From Nemertoderma westbladi (Eukaryota; Animalia; Xenacoelomorpha): a stretch of DNA of 64,000 bases. The position numbers and the translations under genes were made by a program. This document shows, piece after piece, positions 60,900-64,000 of this stretch (positions are counted from its first letter, which is position 1; the number at the start of each line of letters is the position of its first letter). The notes beneath the pieces are model-generated. The model saw only the letters and a list, made by a program, of their open reading frames with translations, was not told the DNA's origin and made no database searches. The stretch lies in assembly GCA_032718475.1 (NCBI GenBank), contig JAUCBJ010001166.1, forward strand, positions 86,254 through 150,253. The letters run 5' to 3'.

Positions 60900-63800
60900 A
60901 ATACGAGTCAGGTCATGTCCCCAGATCCTGCTACCACTATGGCAGTAACGTGGTACTACTGTAGCTGTAGCTGTCAGCCCAGTAGGGCAGGCCCAATAAG
61001 CAGAGCCTATTCATTATTTAGTTTATCAAGAGTGGGTTGGTTTAGCCCCGTCAACTAAATAAGTCATTGAGGGCTATAGCGCCTAGGGCACCATTATTGA
61101 AGGCAAAGGCTTGGTACGCATCTGCATTAGAGATGATACACTATACTGGATGATCCTCTACCAGTGTTAGGTAACCTAACCCAGGATGCACACTTGGTTC
61201 AGGGTGTAACAAATGGACCCCTACAGTCGGCAGCAGGGCTGTAGGCCATGGATAGGCGGAAGGTAATCAACCAACGGCTAGACATGCTGACAAGGTCGGC
61301 GGAAGGTAATCAACCAACGGCAACCTACTGCGAAGACGCTTGTAGGAGTTGCGACCACAAGCGGTTTACTCCCGCAACTGAAAGATATGAGTATGAGAAC
61401 CCTCCAGGAGAAATACCGGCTCGGCCGTCGCCCGGGTCAACAAGGACCGCGTCCCTCAGTGGTACACCAGGCTGGAGTCGATAAATTGGCTACTGGAACA
61501 GAAGACAGAGAAGAAAGAAGACCCAACCTGTTGAAATGTAAAAAGACAATAAAGATTGCTACAATGAACGCACGCACGCTGAAAGCACACACCAAACAGG
61601 GTGACATGGTCGCTCTAGCAATGGAATATAACATCGACATCATCTGCATGCAAGAACATCGGATTTGTCATGAAGACTCTGCCATGAAGTACAATGACAT
61701 TGGAAATGGATGGACGTTAGTAACAAGCTCAGCAGTAAGAAACTCGGCCAATGCATCAATTGGTGGAGTAGGAATTCTGCTAAGCCCATTTGCACTTAAG
61801 ACCCTAAACAACATCGAATTTATAAATTCCCGGGTTATGATCGCAGCATTTGATAGGAATCCCAAGACAACAGTTATATGTTACTACAGTCCAACCAATG
61901 CCTCAGAGCCAGAACAAGCAGTCAAGTTTTATGAAGAACTGACTGGACTTATAAAGGACATTCCGAAACACAATGTTAAAGTCATTGCTGGTGACCTGAA
62001 TGCGCAAATTGGCCCAGAATCCATCAAGGGTTACACCTATAACACCAGTTCTAACAGAAATGGGTACTTACTTTTAGACCTAATGGAAGAATGTGAATTG
62101 ATACCAACAAACAACACATTCGAAAAGAGTAAGGGGAAGCTATGGACCTTTCAATACCCTAATGGAACCAAAGCACAACTGGATTACATCCTTATAAACA
62201 AAAAGTGGCGAAACAGCATGATCAACTGTGAGGCATACAGCTCGTTCAACCTAATTGGTTCGGACCACAGAATTGTGACTGCAGAGATCAGACTCAGTTT
62301 GAGAGCCAGCAAACCCAGGACAAGCAAGCAAATCAACTATGACTGGGAGAAACTCAGAACTGACAATGCTGTAAAGGATGCTTACACAGTAGAAGTTCAA
62401 AACCGCTTTGAAGCACTTCAGTCAATGGATGAAGACCAATCCACCGATTCAATATACCAGAATATAATAACAGCCCACAAGGAATCAGCTAAGAGGCATA
62501 TCCCCCAGAAACCCAAACGAAAACAGTATGTGCCATGGCAAAACTCTGAGGTTACTTGTAAGATAGAAGATCTTAAGATAGCCTACAAAGTTAAAACTAA
62601 CTAACAACCGAACAACTAACAACTAACAACCGAAAACATTAACAAGGTTGAGAAAGCTAAGGACGATCTTAAATTGGCCTACAACATCAGCCAGGAAAAG
62701 TACATAAAGGATAAAACTGAAGCAATAACAACTGCTCACATACAGCAACAATAAAGACTTACCTGGCAAACTGTAAATGAGGTAACTGGTCGGAAAAGTT
62801 GTGCAAAGGGGCGCCTCAAAGCCGTTAGTCCTGAAGAACGTGTTGGGAAGTGGAAAAATCACTTCAGCAACTTGCTTGGGCAGCCACCAAACATCGATGT
62901 CAGCCCTACAAGGAAAATATATGACAAGACACTAACTATAGAAACAGGGGACTTCACACCTGCCGAACTAAATTAAAAGCATGTCCAATAATAAAGCGAG
63001 TGGATTAGATGAAATCCCAGCGGAGGTATGGAAAACCGTAGTGCTAAACAGACCATTATTGAATGTTTGCAACCGGATGTTAAAAGAGGAAAAGCCAATA
63101 ACAATTTGGACTAAAGGTCAACTAAAGCCTCTCCCCAAGAAAGGAGACCTCGGCATACCAACAGACTATCGTGGGATCTGTCTGCTTGTGGTGGCTGCCA
63201 AAATATACAATAAAATGATTCTATATAGGATTAGGCCTGACATAGAGAAACTACTGCGTAAGAGCCAAAATGGATTTCGACCAAGTAGATCAACAATAGC
63301 TCAGATACTTGCACTACGGAGACTGATTGAAGGAATTAAGTCAAAGAATCTCCCCGCAGTCATGACTTTTGTGTACTTCAAGAAGGCATTCGACTCCATC
63401 CATAGAGGTAAAATGCTTGAAATTCTAAGAGCTTATGGAATACCAGAAGTAATTGTTGCTGGCATTGGATTGTTATATTGTGACACAGAAGCGCAGGTAC
63501 TCTCACCAGATGGTGAAACTGAGTTTTTCTCAATCCTGGCTGGCGTACTGCAATGTGACACATTAGCACCATTACTATTTGTAATTGTGCTGGATCATTG
63601 CTGGAGCAATGAGGACGGCCACAAAGGGTGAAGATCTGGGTTTCACACTTCAAGAACGCAGAAGTAGTAGATATCCGGCAACTACAGTCACAGACACCGA
63701 CTTTGCGGATGACATCGCCCTGCTCTCTAATACGCTAGCAGATGCACAGCTTCTACTAAATAAAGTGGAGAGGGCTGCTAAGGAGGTTGGATTGCATATA

Positions 63801-64000
63801 AATGCTACCAAGGCCGAATTCATGACCTTTAATGTTGATGGAAACTTGACAACCATTGATAATAATCAACTAAGGAAGGTCGATGACTTCCAGTACCTTG
63901 GATCATGGATAGAGAGTAGCAAAAAGGACATAGAAGTTAGGAAAGCAAAGGCTTGAGTAGCTCTATCAAAAATGGATACCATCTCGAAATCAGATCTCTC
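60900..64000 (+). mobile_element. RTE-clade LINE with 5' UTR, degenerate, runs off window
   Basis: APE (TMNARTL, MQEHR, YSPT, GDLNAQIG, QLDYIL, GSDHR) at 61387-62604; RT (YRGICLL, QNGFR, KKAFDS, GVLQCDTLAP, FADD, FQYLGS) split by stops and frameshifts. Confidence 0.92.

Overview
AT-rich animal (probably invertebrate) nuclear DNA, made up mostly of nested and decayed transposable elements. From left to right: (i) a ~17.5-kb mirror-image Penelope retroelement structure with four hammerhead-like pLTR motifs, into which a full-length but degenerate Ty3/gypsy (Mag-like) element (173-bp LTRs, CCAAC TSD, tRNA-Ser-type PBS), an RTE 3' fragment, an intron-containing piggyBac transposase and other repeats have inserted; (ii) the first two coding exons of a DEG/ENaC/ASIC-family channel gene (- strand); (iii) SINE, Helentron-like and LINE remnants, a LINE whose ORF2 starts with a GATDSP-type hexapeptide repeat, a Harbinger transposase pseudogene, a piggyBac-type non-autonomous element, and an Academ-like remnant carrying a 26-bp minisatellite; (iv) a BEL/Pao element with an intact 1161-aa Gag-protease ORF, a deleted pol, and an unexplained ~600-codon zinc-knuckle ORF beyond its putative PPT; (v) the first two coding exons of RPL8 (- strand), with no later exons visible; (vi) several minisatellites, a CR1-group RT ORF and an RTE LINE running off the right edge. 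No CRISPR array, rRNA or intact tRNA gene was seen. The most novel-looking items are the BEL/Pao accessory ORF (possibly inside a giant LTR), the Penelope mirror structure with variant hammerheads, and the spliced piggyBac. All family calls come from motif recognition by eye, not from database searches.
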